64,000 nucleotides of DNA from Eledone cirrhosa (Eukaryota): the NCBI GenBank assembly GCA_964016885.1, contig OZ024750.1:48980001-49044000 (forward strand), in the 5' to 3' direction. The notes under the pieces are model-generated. The model saw only the letters and a program-made list of their open reading frames with translations. It was not told the DNA's origin and did not search any database. A program made the translations under genes and the position numbers. Of this stretch, positions 14,990 to 25,388 are shown one piece after another (the first letter of the stretch is position 1; each line of letters begins with the position of its first letter).

Positions 14990-15360
14990 TAATTGAATAT
15001 ATGAGATGGATGAACGCCGATACAAGTATACATGTGTTCCAATTGCAAATGACCAACTTAGCTAGGTTTAAAAAAATACTGATTTAAAACAATATGGTTT
15101 GCCTGTCTCGATTTAAATTTATAAATCAATAAAAATAACAAACCTATGTCGGGCAACTGCCTTTGATATCCGGACAGATTTAATATGTTCTTTAAGAATT
15201 ATTAAGTAGGTAACTTGGTCATTTGGAATTGGAACACATATATACTTGTATCGGTGTACATATGTCTCATATATTCAATTATATTACACGGCTCAGAAAG
15301 ATTCCCTTCTTTGAGTTATTTAATTGTATAAGACTATTTTGAGTTTCTAACACAATCTAT
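14990..15360. mobile_element. Fold-back non-coding element (family also at 28208-28905 and 50630-50830)
   Basis: 14990-15060 is inverted at 15210-15280; tail acacggctc..gactattttgagtttctaac shared with 28825-28892. Confidence 0.65.
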
Positions 15361-15522
15361 TATATATATATGCGCATATATGCGCATAATAAAATACATG
15401 GAACTCTTTTAACCATCTTTTGGTCTTATATATTCTTATTTATACTCCAGTCCTACAAACTGTAGAGTTCTACTTATCCGGTATCTGCATTGCTTTATTG
15501 TACTACAATAAAACTGACCTCC

Positions 15523-15596
<74 letters not shown>

Positions 15597-15601
<5 letters not shown>

Positions 15602-16036
15602 AGATCAAAAGATGGTTAAAAGAGTTCCAAGTAGTTTATTATGCGCATTTCAAAAACAAATATCATCATGGGATAATATCTGCGTTTTCATCAGATCATA
15701 TAGGGATACATGATATGAAGCTTAAAAAAACACTTGTGAATAGTGAAGTTTTAAAACAACATATGAAAAATAATTTAAGATTGATGTATGAGATTGGGAA
15801 AAAGTGAGAGGGGTGGGGTGGAAAAGGTAAGGAAGAGGAGGGGATGAGAGTAAAGAATGGTGGGGGAGTTGGGGTAAGAAGGAAGGATGAGAGAGGAGGA
15901 GAAATGGGTGATAGAGAGAGAGATATAGCCTTTACAACTGATCTTATATTATTTATACTCCATTCCTACAAACTGTAGAGTGCTACTTATCCGATATTGG
16001 CATTGCTTTATTGTGCTACAATAAAACTCACCTCCT

Positions 16037-16038
<2 letters not shown>
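15597..16038. mobile_element. PLE end insertion: inverted hammerhead-bearing segment plus direct tail
   Basis: 15597-15939 minus, 15940-16038 plus; tail also at 15381-15527; in (TA)n/(CA)n. Confidence 0.7.
15635..15699 (-). ncRNA. Type I hammerhead ribozyme
   Basis: Minus strand: CUGAUGA-gcagatattatc ccat gatgatatttgt stem II-GAAA-UGCGCA palindrome-UA. Confidence 0.7.
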
Positions 16039-16078
<40 letters not shown>

Positions 16079-16558
16079 CTGTAAAAGGAGTAATTTTTCA
16101 AATATGTATACTAGATTTCTTGATATCAATAACCACGGGTCTTGCTTTAAAGATTCGAACCACATAAATACATAACGCACACATATATGTACATATGCAT
16201 GCATCAGTGTACACTCGGGGTAGCGTAAGCCTGTTTTAGCCCGGGATCTAGAACATCGCTAATAAAGCCAACCAAGTATATCTGTTTACAAAATATATTA
16301 TCACTTTTTCACGATTCCAATAACGGAGACCTCATAAAAATGGATCAGATATTAATGCAAAACCTAACGTTTTCATCTGAATCCATCTTTGGTTAGTATA
16401 TATCGGCAGGGGCTGAGGCACAACTATTTCAAGAATGACGACGCTTCGTGGAGGACTGGACGCCTGACCAAACAAAAAGAAGCACTTATTAGTAGGATTT
16501 GTCCAAAGGAATCAATCTAGCAGACAAAAGGAATCTCAGAAATATGCATGAATATATA

Positions 16559-16736
16559 TTTGTTTCTACTTTAGGCACATGGCCAGCAATTACCCAGTTC
16601 ATTACTGGTACTTTATTTTATCGACCCCGTAAGGATGAAAGGCAAAGTCGACCTCGGCGGGATTTGAACTCAGATCGTAAAGGGACGTAACTATGCTGGA
16701 AAGCATGGCGTCCGACCCTCTACCGATACTGCCAAT
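16559..16736 (-). mobile_element. tRNA-derived SINE (octopus OK-like family)
   Basis: B-box gagttcaaatcc, body gactttgcctttcatccttacggggtcgataaaataaagtaccag; ~12 copies in the window. Confidence 0.9.
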
Positions 16737-17185
16737 AATATATATTATCATATATCCTATAGCTATGTAGACTGATTTGAGTGTAAGTGTATGTTTTGCT
16801 ATATTACAGAGAAAGACAAACAATTTACGTTCATGTCTGGGATTTTTCACTGTATTTTATTTTGAAAATATCTCACTAATTTAAAAATAGATACGAAATT
16901 TAAAAACACATAACAATATAACCACATGTGTGAAATTATAGTCGGGCGGTGTTTTCTAAAAGTTATATTCATATTAAACTATTAAATGAATATATTTCTT
17001 TTTCGAATATTAAATGATAAAATGCTGCAATGATGTATAATGACCGTATTGTAACAGCATGCCAGAATGAATTAAACATTTCAATGTTTTTGTTGTATTT
17101 TAAACTATGCAAATACATTGCGTATCAGTAGTAGTGTTGGCGAGGAAAACATCATAATATAATATGACATTATGTTACACATATA

Positions 17186-17374
17186 AGGGCGGTGGATTGG
17201 CAGTGTCGGTATAGGGTCGGACGTCATGCTTTCCAGCATAGTTATGTCCCTTTACAATCTGAGTTCAAATCCCGCCGAGGTTGACTTTGCCTTTCATCCC
17301 TACGGGGTCGATAAAATAAAGTACCAGTAATGCACTGAGTAATTTGCTGGCCTTGTGCCTAACGTAGAAACAAC
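17186..17374 (+). mobile_element. tRNA-derived SINE, full length with TSD
   Basis: Same family; TSD tatgttacaca at 17171 and 17375. Confidence 0.92.
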
Positions 17375-17610
17375 TATGTTACACAAATATATATAGAAAT
17401 ATGTTGAATGACAAAATAAAAGAAAAAACACATCGCTTTATCCAAATACATTAAAATGAGATGTTGATCAAATCATATTTCATGATCTATTCAAAGTCTG
17501 ATCACAAGTGGATTCATTTTACACATTGACACTCGCTGAAGACACACACACGCAGATACATACTCTCACACATATACATAAACATGAATACATAGTGCAT
17601 GTGTGTGTGT

Positions 17611-17813
17611 ATGTTAGCAAAGCCTACTTTTTCAGTTTTCGATCATCAAAACATTTGTTATGTGGTTAAATCGTTTTTATGTTTTTCTTAAAACTCCCGC
17701 ATGCTGACTTTCGACCATCGAAAATCAGCATGCATGACGTTTAATGCAAAACAATACTTAACATAGTAACACATGTTTTGATTATCCAATATATAGAAAA
17801 CATTTGCTTACAT
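17611..17813. mobile_element. Imperfect palindromic (MITE/fold-back-like) element
   Basis: atcaaaacat/atgttttgat, ttaa, gcatgctga/tcagcatgc and ttcga/tcgaa nested symmetry. Confidence 0.55.
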
Positions 17814-18135
17814 CAATGTTTCATACATTTTATGTAGATCCTTTATATATATATATACCAAGTGCGCTTTTCAAACCCTTATTAAAACCATTTTCCTTAA
17901 ATAACCTGGGACGCAAGGAAAGTTTGCTGAAGTCCATGCAGTGGTAGCGGCCAACATTGCCAAAGTCCACTTCGAGTCCTGCTTCATTCGTTTGTATTTT
18001 TAAATATCTTTTTTTATATTTTATGGTTTACCCTTAAAATTGTTTTTCATTTTGCTCGGTTTCCGTTCGTTTTCTTGTCCTCTCTTTCTTAATGTTCCTA
18101 AGATTGTATATATATATATATATATACATAAATAT

Positions 18136-18338
18136 AGCAACGAGTAGGACCCCGACGGCTGAGCTCAAGCCGCTTCAACGGCTAATTATGGACTAAATTT
18201 TAGTCCAGAATTAGCCGTTGAAACGGCTTGAGCTCAGCCGTCGGGGTCCTACTCGTCCCTATTACCCACTCTACTACCCTAAGTAATGAGTACTTTGGTG
18301 CGCTATGGTCCACTTGGTTCCTTACCACATTTCCTTCG

Positions 18339-18418
<80 letters not shown>

Positions 18419-18578
18419 CGAAGGAATAATGGTAAGGAACCAGATGGAGCATAACACAGTACTTAGGGTAGTAGAGTGAACAATATGAAAAAGTATGACC
18501 CTGGCGGCAGAGCTCAAGCCATTTCGACGGTTATGTCGAAACGGCTTGAGCTCTGCCGTCGGTGACATACTTGTTCCT
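18136..18578. mobile_element. Two related fold-back PLE-end fragments facing across (TA)n
   Basis: Palindrome 18139-18256; second hairpin 18492-18571; 18268-18340 is inverted at 18417-18478; each holds GAAA-cggc..gccg-UC. Confidence 0.7.
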
Positions 18579-19120
18579 ATATATATATAAAAAGAGAAAT
18601 AGGACGAAGGTAAACAGTTACAAAAGGATTTAATCCACGTATTAACAATTGTTTCATCAGAATTTCAGTCCATTATTGCTACACTATGTCATAATAGGCA
18701 ATCAAGAAAGATACTGTGACATCCGAATTTTCAAAATACAAAGTTGAAATGACCTTAGGAAATGAAATAAGGGGTTGTAGTGTAAGATAGAGGAACAGAG
18801 AGAGAGAGGAGAAAAAGAGAGAGAGAGAGAGAAAAGGGACGAAGGTAGGGAGAGAAAGAGAAAGAGATAGGGTGGTGTGAGAAGATTTGTATAGAATATA
18901 GTTAAGTTACAAGAAGGGAGGGTGAGGTGGATTGTGTGCTAAAAGTTGTGATGAGTAGAGGGAGAGATAAGAAAGATAGAATTTTAAGTGGCATTTGGTA
19001 GTGGACAGGTGAAAGTCTTACCAGAGAATAGATGAAGGAAGAAAGTATTAAATTTCATATATAGTCTATTTTTAGGAGTGTAGAATTGTTATTTAGGCTA
19101 GAAAAAGAAGAGAGGTAGTG

Positions 19121-19920
19121 TTAAGATTTAGTTGAAGGTTTGAAGTGTGAGAATTTCGCTTTCCGTTTATGCTGGCAAAAGATTGACCTTTCAATTTTGT
19201 TGTTGAGTAGTTGGTGGCCTGAGCTTAGGATATGGAAGAGCTCATTATTACACAACGGGCACGTTTTCATCCCACTCCGGTATGGAGGAGCATGTGAGAG
19301 TTTGGTCCATATAATGATGTATTGTCGGTTACTCCCTTTTAAGTGCCAAATTTTGTCGGCGAGGGTCGTTACGTAACGGTGTTGGGGGTGCTTTATTGCG
19401 TAACGATGCGTGTACCATCGAGTTTTGAAGGTGTTTGCAGTGCTGCCTATGTAGTGCCAGGTTTGGTTGTCCGACTCAACCGAGCACCTGTATACTAGGT
19501 TTGAATGCAAACATTCGTTATTCAATGGACAAGTCTCTGGAAGGTAGCAATTACAATTTCTTTTATGGGCAGTGGTGGAGTTATAGGTGGGCTGGGATGT
19601 GTGTGTGAGTGTGTTTTGTGCATACTGTTTGTTAGTGGGTGGTTGTGTATTAGGTGTATTATTGTGTTGAGTGATTGAGGTGTTGTTGTTACGGAGTTTT
19701 TTGGCGTTGAGCATCTTAATGTGTGCGTCTAGGTTTGGTGCAGTGGAATAAGATAATCTAATTGTTTTGGTATTGAGTATACTACTATATTTATGTGAAT
19801 TTGGAAAGTGTTTTCTTATAATTTTGTAGAACGTGGAAGGTAAGTTAGAGCTAATAGAAGAGTTAAAAATAGGATTATACCAAATGTAAGATCTACTCCG
19901 TGTTCTGTTTTGCTTTGATA
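19121..19920 (-). pseudogene. PLE linker plus GIY-YIG endonuclease fragment
   Basis: WYNPIFN..HFPNSHKY..RLSYS, CNC-x5-CPL..C, LVY..YIGST..FKTR, CPLC, LLN; homologous to the C-terminus of the 30605 ORF. Confidence 0.9.
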
Positions 19921-20029
19921 TTGCTCAAAGTATCGAAGTAAAACAGAACACGGAGTAGATCTTACATTTGGTATAATCCTATTTTTATTTCTTCTATTAG
20001 CTCTAACTTACCTTCCACATTCTGCCCAT

Positions 20030-20472
20030 AACAGAAATTGTAATTGCTACCTTCCAGAGACTTGTCCATTGAATAACGAATGTTTGCATTCAAACCTAGA
20101 ATACAGGTGCTCGGTTGAGTCGGACAACCAAACCTGGCACTACATAGGCAGCACTGCAAACACCTTCAAAACTCGTTGGTACACGCATCGTTATGCAATA
20201 AAGCACCCCAAAACCGTTACGTAACGACTCTCGCCGACAAAATCTTGCACTTAAAAGGGAGTAACCGACAATACACCCTTATATGGACCAAACTCTCACA
20301 TGCTCCTCCATACCGGAGTGGGATGAAAACGTGCCCGTTGTGTAATAATGAGCTCTTCCATATCCTAAGCTCAGGCCACCAACTACTCAACACCAAAATT
20401 GAAAGGTCAATTTTTTGCCAGCATAAACTGAAAGCGAAATTCTCACACTTCAAACCTTCATCTAAATCTTAA
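20030..20472 (+). pseudogene. Second, disrupted copy of the GIY-YIG fragment
   Basis: Near-identical inverse of 19121-19570. Confidence 0.85.
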
Positions 20473-20850
20473 CACTACTTTTCTAGCCTAAATAACAATT
20501 CTACACTCCTAAAAATAGACTATATATGAAATTTAATACTTTCTTCCTTCGTCTATTCTCTGGTAAAACTGTTGCATGTCCCTTACCAAATGCCACTTAA
20601 AATTCTATCTTCCTTATCACTCCCTCTACTCATCACAACTTTTAGCACACAATCCTCCTCACCCTCCCTTCTTGTAACTTAACTATATTCTATACAAATC
20701 TTCTCACACCACCCTATCTCTTTCTCTTTCTCTCCCTACCTTCGTCCCTTTTCTCTCTCTCTCTCTCTCTCTGTTTCCCCTCTCTCTCTCTCTGTTCCTC
20801 TATCTTACACTACTACCCCTTATTTCATTTCCTAAGGTCATTTCAACTTT

Positions 20851-20951
20851 GTATTTTGAAAATTCGGATGTCACAGTATCTTTCTTGATTGCCTATTATG
20901 ACATAGTGTAGCAATAATGGACTAAAATTCTGATGAAACAATTGTTAATAC
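20851..20951 (+). ncRNA. Variant hammerhead (core UUGAAAA, long stem II); inverse copy at 18639-18739
   Basis: gtatt-UUGAAAA-u-ucgga...ucuga-u-GAAA-CAAUUG-UU-aatac; stem I gtatt/aatac. Confidence 0.6.
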
Positions 20952-21169
20952 GTGGATTAAATCCTTTTGTAACTGTTTACCTTCGTCCTATTACTCTTTT
21001 TTTTTATTACACTCCTCGTTTGTTCGTGTTTCTACCACAGAATCCCTACCAACCTGTCGAGTCACCTTAACGTATGTTGATAACTTTCCTCACAACTTGT
21101 TCTACCAAGCTTTGGAATATTCCTAATTACTGAATATATATATATATATATTGTTCATAATAATACGAA

Positions 21170-22500
21170 TTACAGACGTAGAAATAAACAGCCTAAAGAG
21201 GGAATAATCGATCTAGCTGAACAAACATAGGAATTTAAAAAAGATCTACAAGTAAGACGTGTATCTGGTATAACACCGTATTTAACTATGCAATCAACAC
21301 TAATCTACCGTTTGTTTGCTTTAATCTAATCGATGAACACTTCCATAAATCACACAAATATCACAGGAAGGCTCTTAGACTATCATACTCTAAAGCAAGA
21401 AATATAGGAGCACACAAAAAACTCAATTCAAAAGAAATGTCCAACATATTATTACGCATGCCACTAGCGTAACTTCTAATAACAAACTCAACATTATAAC
21501 CCCGTCAAAACCAGCTCATAGGCGCAACACAACGTATCTACGTAACATGAACAAAGCATCTCAACCCAATCCAAGTCATACATAGAGTTTCAATTTAGAC
21601 CTAGTCCATAGAAAACTACCAAATGCAAATGCCACCAACCGTAAGGATGTCCACTTCCAAAACACATACCAAGAGTCTAGTTTAGTTTATATATGTACCA
21701 TAAAAGTGGGTGACCATGAATGGTTCTATGTGGGTTCCACAGCGAAATAATTCAAGAATCGCTGGTATGTGCATTGGCACTCGATACAAATCCTCAAATT
21801 GAAGAGCACAATAACACCGGCTAGTAAAATCTGGCAACTCGTAGATACCGACCAATAATATCAACACTTTAAACTAACTTAGCTACAGATGGGACGCATA
21901 AAAACGGAACTAACCAATGCCGATTAGGTAATATGGAATTGCTCCATATTTCATTACGTAATAAATATAGTGTTACGCCATGAATAACATTAACTTAATC
22001 TTGTCACACGCACTTATACTTCTTATCTATCTATAACCAGCTTAACCACATTATAAACAACAATGTATTTGACAACACACGACTGATCTAGTATTACACG
22101 ATTGGCCGAAATGAACAGAAAAACTCGACCAACCAGTGTCATTGAGCGCATTTAGCCACACCCATGTAAAATCTGTTTCCATGTGTTTTTTATGTTTTTC
22201 TGTGCTTTTCTATGTTCCTTTGGTTTTATCCAAATGTTCTTCCACTATTTTCTATTATGCTATACCGAGACACCTCGACTATGTAATTGTTTTGATGTTC
22301 ATGTTATTATGTATGGAATCCATGATCGATATTTTGAAAATTCACATGGGGGATAAATGTTTTATGTTTTTAAAACCGAATTTCAAAATTGTCAATCCAT
22401 TATTGATGATAGCAATATCAAGACAAGAATCAATTACGAAATAGGTGATGAACCATATGTTAGTGCTTGCAATAAACCTTAATATATTGTTTAGCCGTGT
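21170..22500 (+). mobile_element. Old PLE 3' remnant related to the 19-21 kb family
   Basis: WYNTVFN..LIDEHFHKSHKYH..RLSYS; decayed YVGST; UUGAAAA...GAAC-CAUAUG-UU HHR relic at 22330-22465. Confidence 0.7.
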
Positions 22501-22669
22501 AATATATATGTATATATATATATATAAAGGAAGAAAGGAGTCTCCATCGTCAGATGTAAATGTTTCCCGCTGAATTACAGGACATCGGTGTAGTTCGTGT
22601 GCGCCGGAGGCCTTATATTAATCTATATATATATATATATATAACGGCGATGAATTAGTTTTGCAAGGT

Positions 22670-23458
22670 TTTTAATATGAATAAATTAGATTACCGATAT
22701 AAAAGACACAGAAGCGAAAAGCGAAAACCAACCAAACAGTGAGTGTGTTCTGTTATCAATAAAATAACTAGATAAATAAATAAATAAATACATACACAAG
22801 CACAATAACAACAAACATATAAACACACACTAGTAAAGATAGAATACATTCACCAATACACAATCACTCAATCACGAACATACATCAAACAAAACATTAT
22901 ACACACACGCAAACGCATGCGCAAAGAAGAAAAAATAAAATAAACAAATAAATAAATATATAAACAGACTAAATAAAGATGGCGTAGAAAATACAATGCA
23001 ACGGGAGGAAACAATAGCACCACTGACGATGTTGCAGGTGTGCAACGAAAGAACTTTGATAAACTATATATATGTGGTGGTGTCTATATTGTATCTGTAT
23101 GATGTGTGACCGTTGTATTGGCAGCATCGGTAGAGGGTCGGACGCCATGCTTTCCAGCATAGTTACGTCCCTTTACGATATGAGTTCAAATCCCGATGAG
23201 GTTGACTTTGCCTTTCATCCTTACGAGGTCGATAAAATAAAGTACAGTAATGCACTGGGTAATTGCTGGCCTTGTGCCTAAAGTAGAAACAATTATTTTT
23301 GACCGTTGGTCAGTCAATGGCAACATTGAGGACCGAATAAATTAGATTACCGATATAAAAGACACAGAATCGAAAAGCGAAAACCAACCAAACAGTGAGT
23401 GTGTTCTGTTATTAATTCTGGTAATATTACACAAATATAACCCCCACCAAATATAACA

Positions 23459-23460
<2 letters not shown>
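22670..23460 (+). mobile_element. Non-coding PLE derivative (same family as 8090-8758) with nested SINE
   Basis: CUGACGA..GAAA at 23023-23050; aligns with 8390-8758; ~75-bp direct repeat at 22680 and 23337. Confidence 0.75.
23117..23294 (+). mobile_element. tRNA-derived SINE
   Basis: Family match; tgaccgttg duplicated on both flanks. Confidence 0.9.
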
Positions 23461-23490
<30 letters not shown>

Positions 23491-23713
23491 TTCGTTTCTG
23501 AATTTGTTTAGCAAGATTCTTTATCTGAAATCGTGTGTTGAAACCGATATTGTTATACTTTGGGAGGGTCATGTTGCCAATAAGAAACACACGCACCAGT
23601 TGCTTTCACTTCAATTTAATTTATTAAATATTTATAAGTTTACAAATTTATAAATTTATAAATTTCTGGTTGGTTGGTTGGTTCCACAACCAGATAGTTG
23701 TTTATATATATAT

Positions 23714-23758
23714 AGTCATAGTTCTTTCGTCACACACTCTGTGACCTCTTCAGTGACT
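23714..23758 (-). ncRNA. Minimal type I hammerhead ribozyme
   Basis: Exact inverse of 27978-28022. Confidence 0.75.
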
Positions 23759-24053
23759 GGGGATGTCTTTCTTCGTTTCTGTGCCTTTCCTTTCTTCTAT
23801 CCTACGCCATTTTGTTTGTGTGTGGGTTGCGTGCTCAGTTTGCGCATGTGCCACATCCGGGTGTCTGTGTGTGTGTTTGTGTTCATTTTTCTATTTTTCT
23901 ATTTATATTTTTCTATTTGTTTGTTTATTTATTTATTTATTTATTGTTGGTTGGTTGTTTGTTCTATGTGTGTGTGTGTTTTCATTTTGTCTTGTGTGTG
24001 TTTTCAATTGTAAGTTGTTTGTTCTATGTGTGTGTGTGTTTTCATTTTGTCCT

Positions 24054-25382
24054 TAATTGTAAGTTGTGATGTTGCTGTTCCACTCATATTTTCTATTTAA
24101 TTTTGGTTTTAATTCTTTTATGCTTACTGCCTCTGTAATTTGCCTAAACATTGCGTCTTTCTTGTGTGTGGATTCTATTTTTTATTTCTATGCTCTCTAA
24201 TTTACCCCTGTGTTCTATCTTAGCATGTTGGTAGAGCACAGATGATTCTTTACTATCTTGGAGGTCTCGCCAGTGTTCATTTATTCGTTCCCCTATACTA
24301 CGAGCTGTCTCACCTATGTACACTACATTTTTGTTTCTACATTGTCCTTCAGTACATCTTATGCTATATACTACATTTCTAGTTTTACAGTTAATATGGG
24401 GGCTTATTTTACAGGTTATGCATTTCTTATCTATACATGAGGGTCTTTGGAACGGGTATGTCTTGCTAATAAGTGTTTTTACGGAGGTACCAGGTCTTTC
24501 TACTATCTTAATATTGAGATTATGTTTCTTTAGGGCCCTTCTAAATTTGTAGGCTAGTTCGCCTCTAGGGGTTGTATTGATGAACATTACACTCTGGTAT
24601 TTATTGCTATCATACCATGAGTTTATTCTATTGGCCTTGTTCTTAGTTCTTTCTATTCTATTCCAAAATTTGCTCCTATACAAGGGGCAGGTCCCATTTA
24701 TGTCATTATTTACCATTTTTTCCCATTTGGTTCTGGCTCCTTTATACACTCTGATTCTATCTCTCTGATTGTAGCCAGAGAACTGCATACGGTGGATGAA
24801 GTGTTGTATGTGTCTCTCTAGTTCTTCGGGGTTGCACATGCGGGACACATTTCTCATCACCCGTACCAAATCCGCAATCAGTATGTTGATTTTGGTATGG
24901 TCCGAAATGGCCGAGTTTCGGTGGATCAGATGTTTGGAAGTCATGGGTTTGGCATAATGGGAATGGAGGATTTGTTTTTGGTTGTTAATAGTATCTAACC
25001 AGAGCTCTGTGTCTAGTACAGGTAATCGATGGTTGGGGTGTCTACTTGGGTAGTCTATAGTAACTCTAATGCTCTGGTGGATGGAGTTTGCTATTTGCTG
25101 GATGCTTTCCATTGTGTTTTTCTCTAGTTCCTGACTGTTCTTTAGTGGGGGTGTCTTAACTACGATGTTTATATCATCTACGTAGCGGGAGTACATTATC
25201 AGGGTTAAGCTGTCTTCTAATTGTTCATTAAGTTTTTGTTTAAGTCTACTGTCCCACCATACCATGAATAAGTTAGCTATGTCGCCTGCAATGCTAACAC
25301 CAATGGCTGCTCCTTCCTCTTGGGCATATGTTTTACCATTAAATTTGAACATATGTTCCTTAAGGGTTAGTTTTATGCTGGC
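24054..25382 (-). pseudogene. Truncated inverted copy of the PLE RT/GIY-YIG ORF with a +1 frameshift near the C-terminus
   Basis: Identical peptide ASIKLTLKEH...IEIK, then an extra A in the A-run near 24180. Confidence 0.9.
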
Positions 25383-25388
25383 ACGCAG

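Larger units (their letters stand above)
18589..21135. mobile_element. Head-to-head fold-back pair of 5'-truncated PLE copies (Hydra-clade-like)
   Basis: 18589-19920 minus mirrored by 19932-20998 plus (with ~260-bp internal deletion); (TA)n at both ends. Confidence 0.9.

Noticed and set aside
17186-17280. tRNA genes suggested by B-box sequences
   Set aside because: No cloverleaf; these are SINE heads followed by the SINE body and TSDs.
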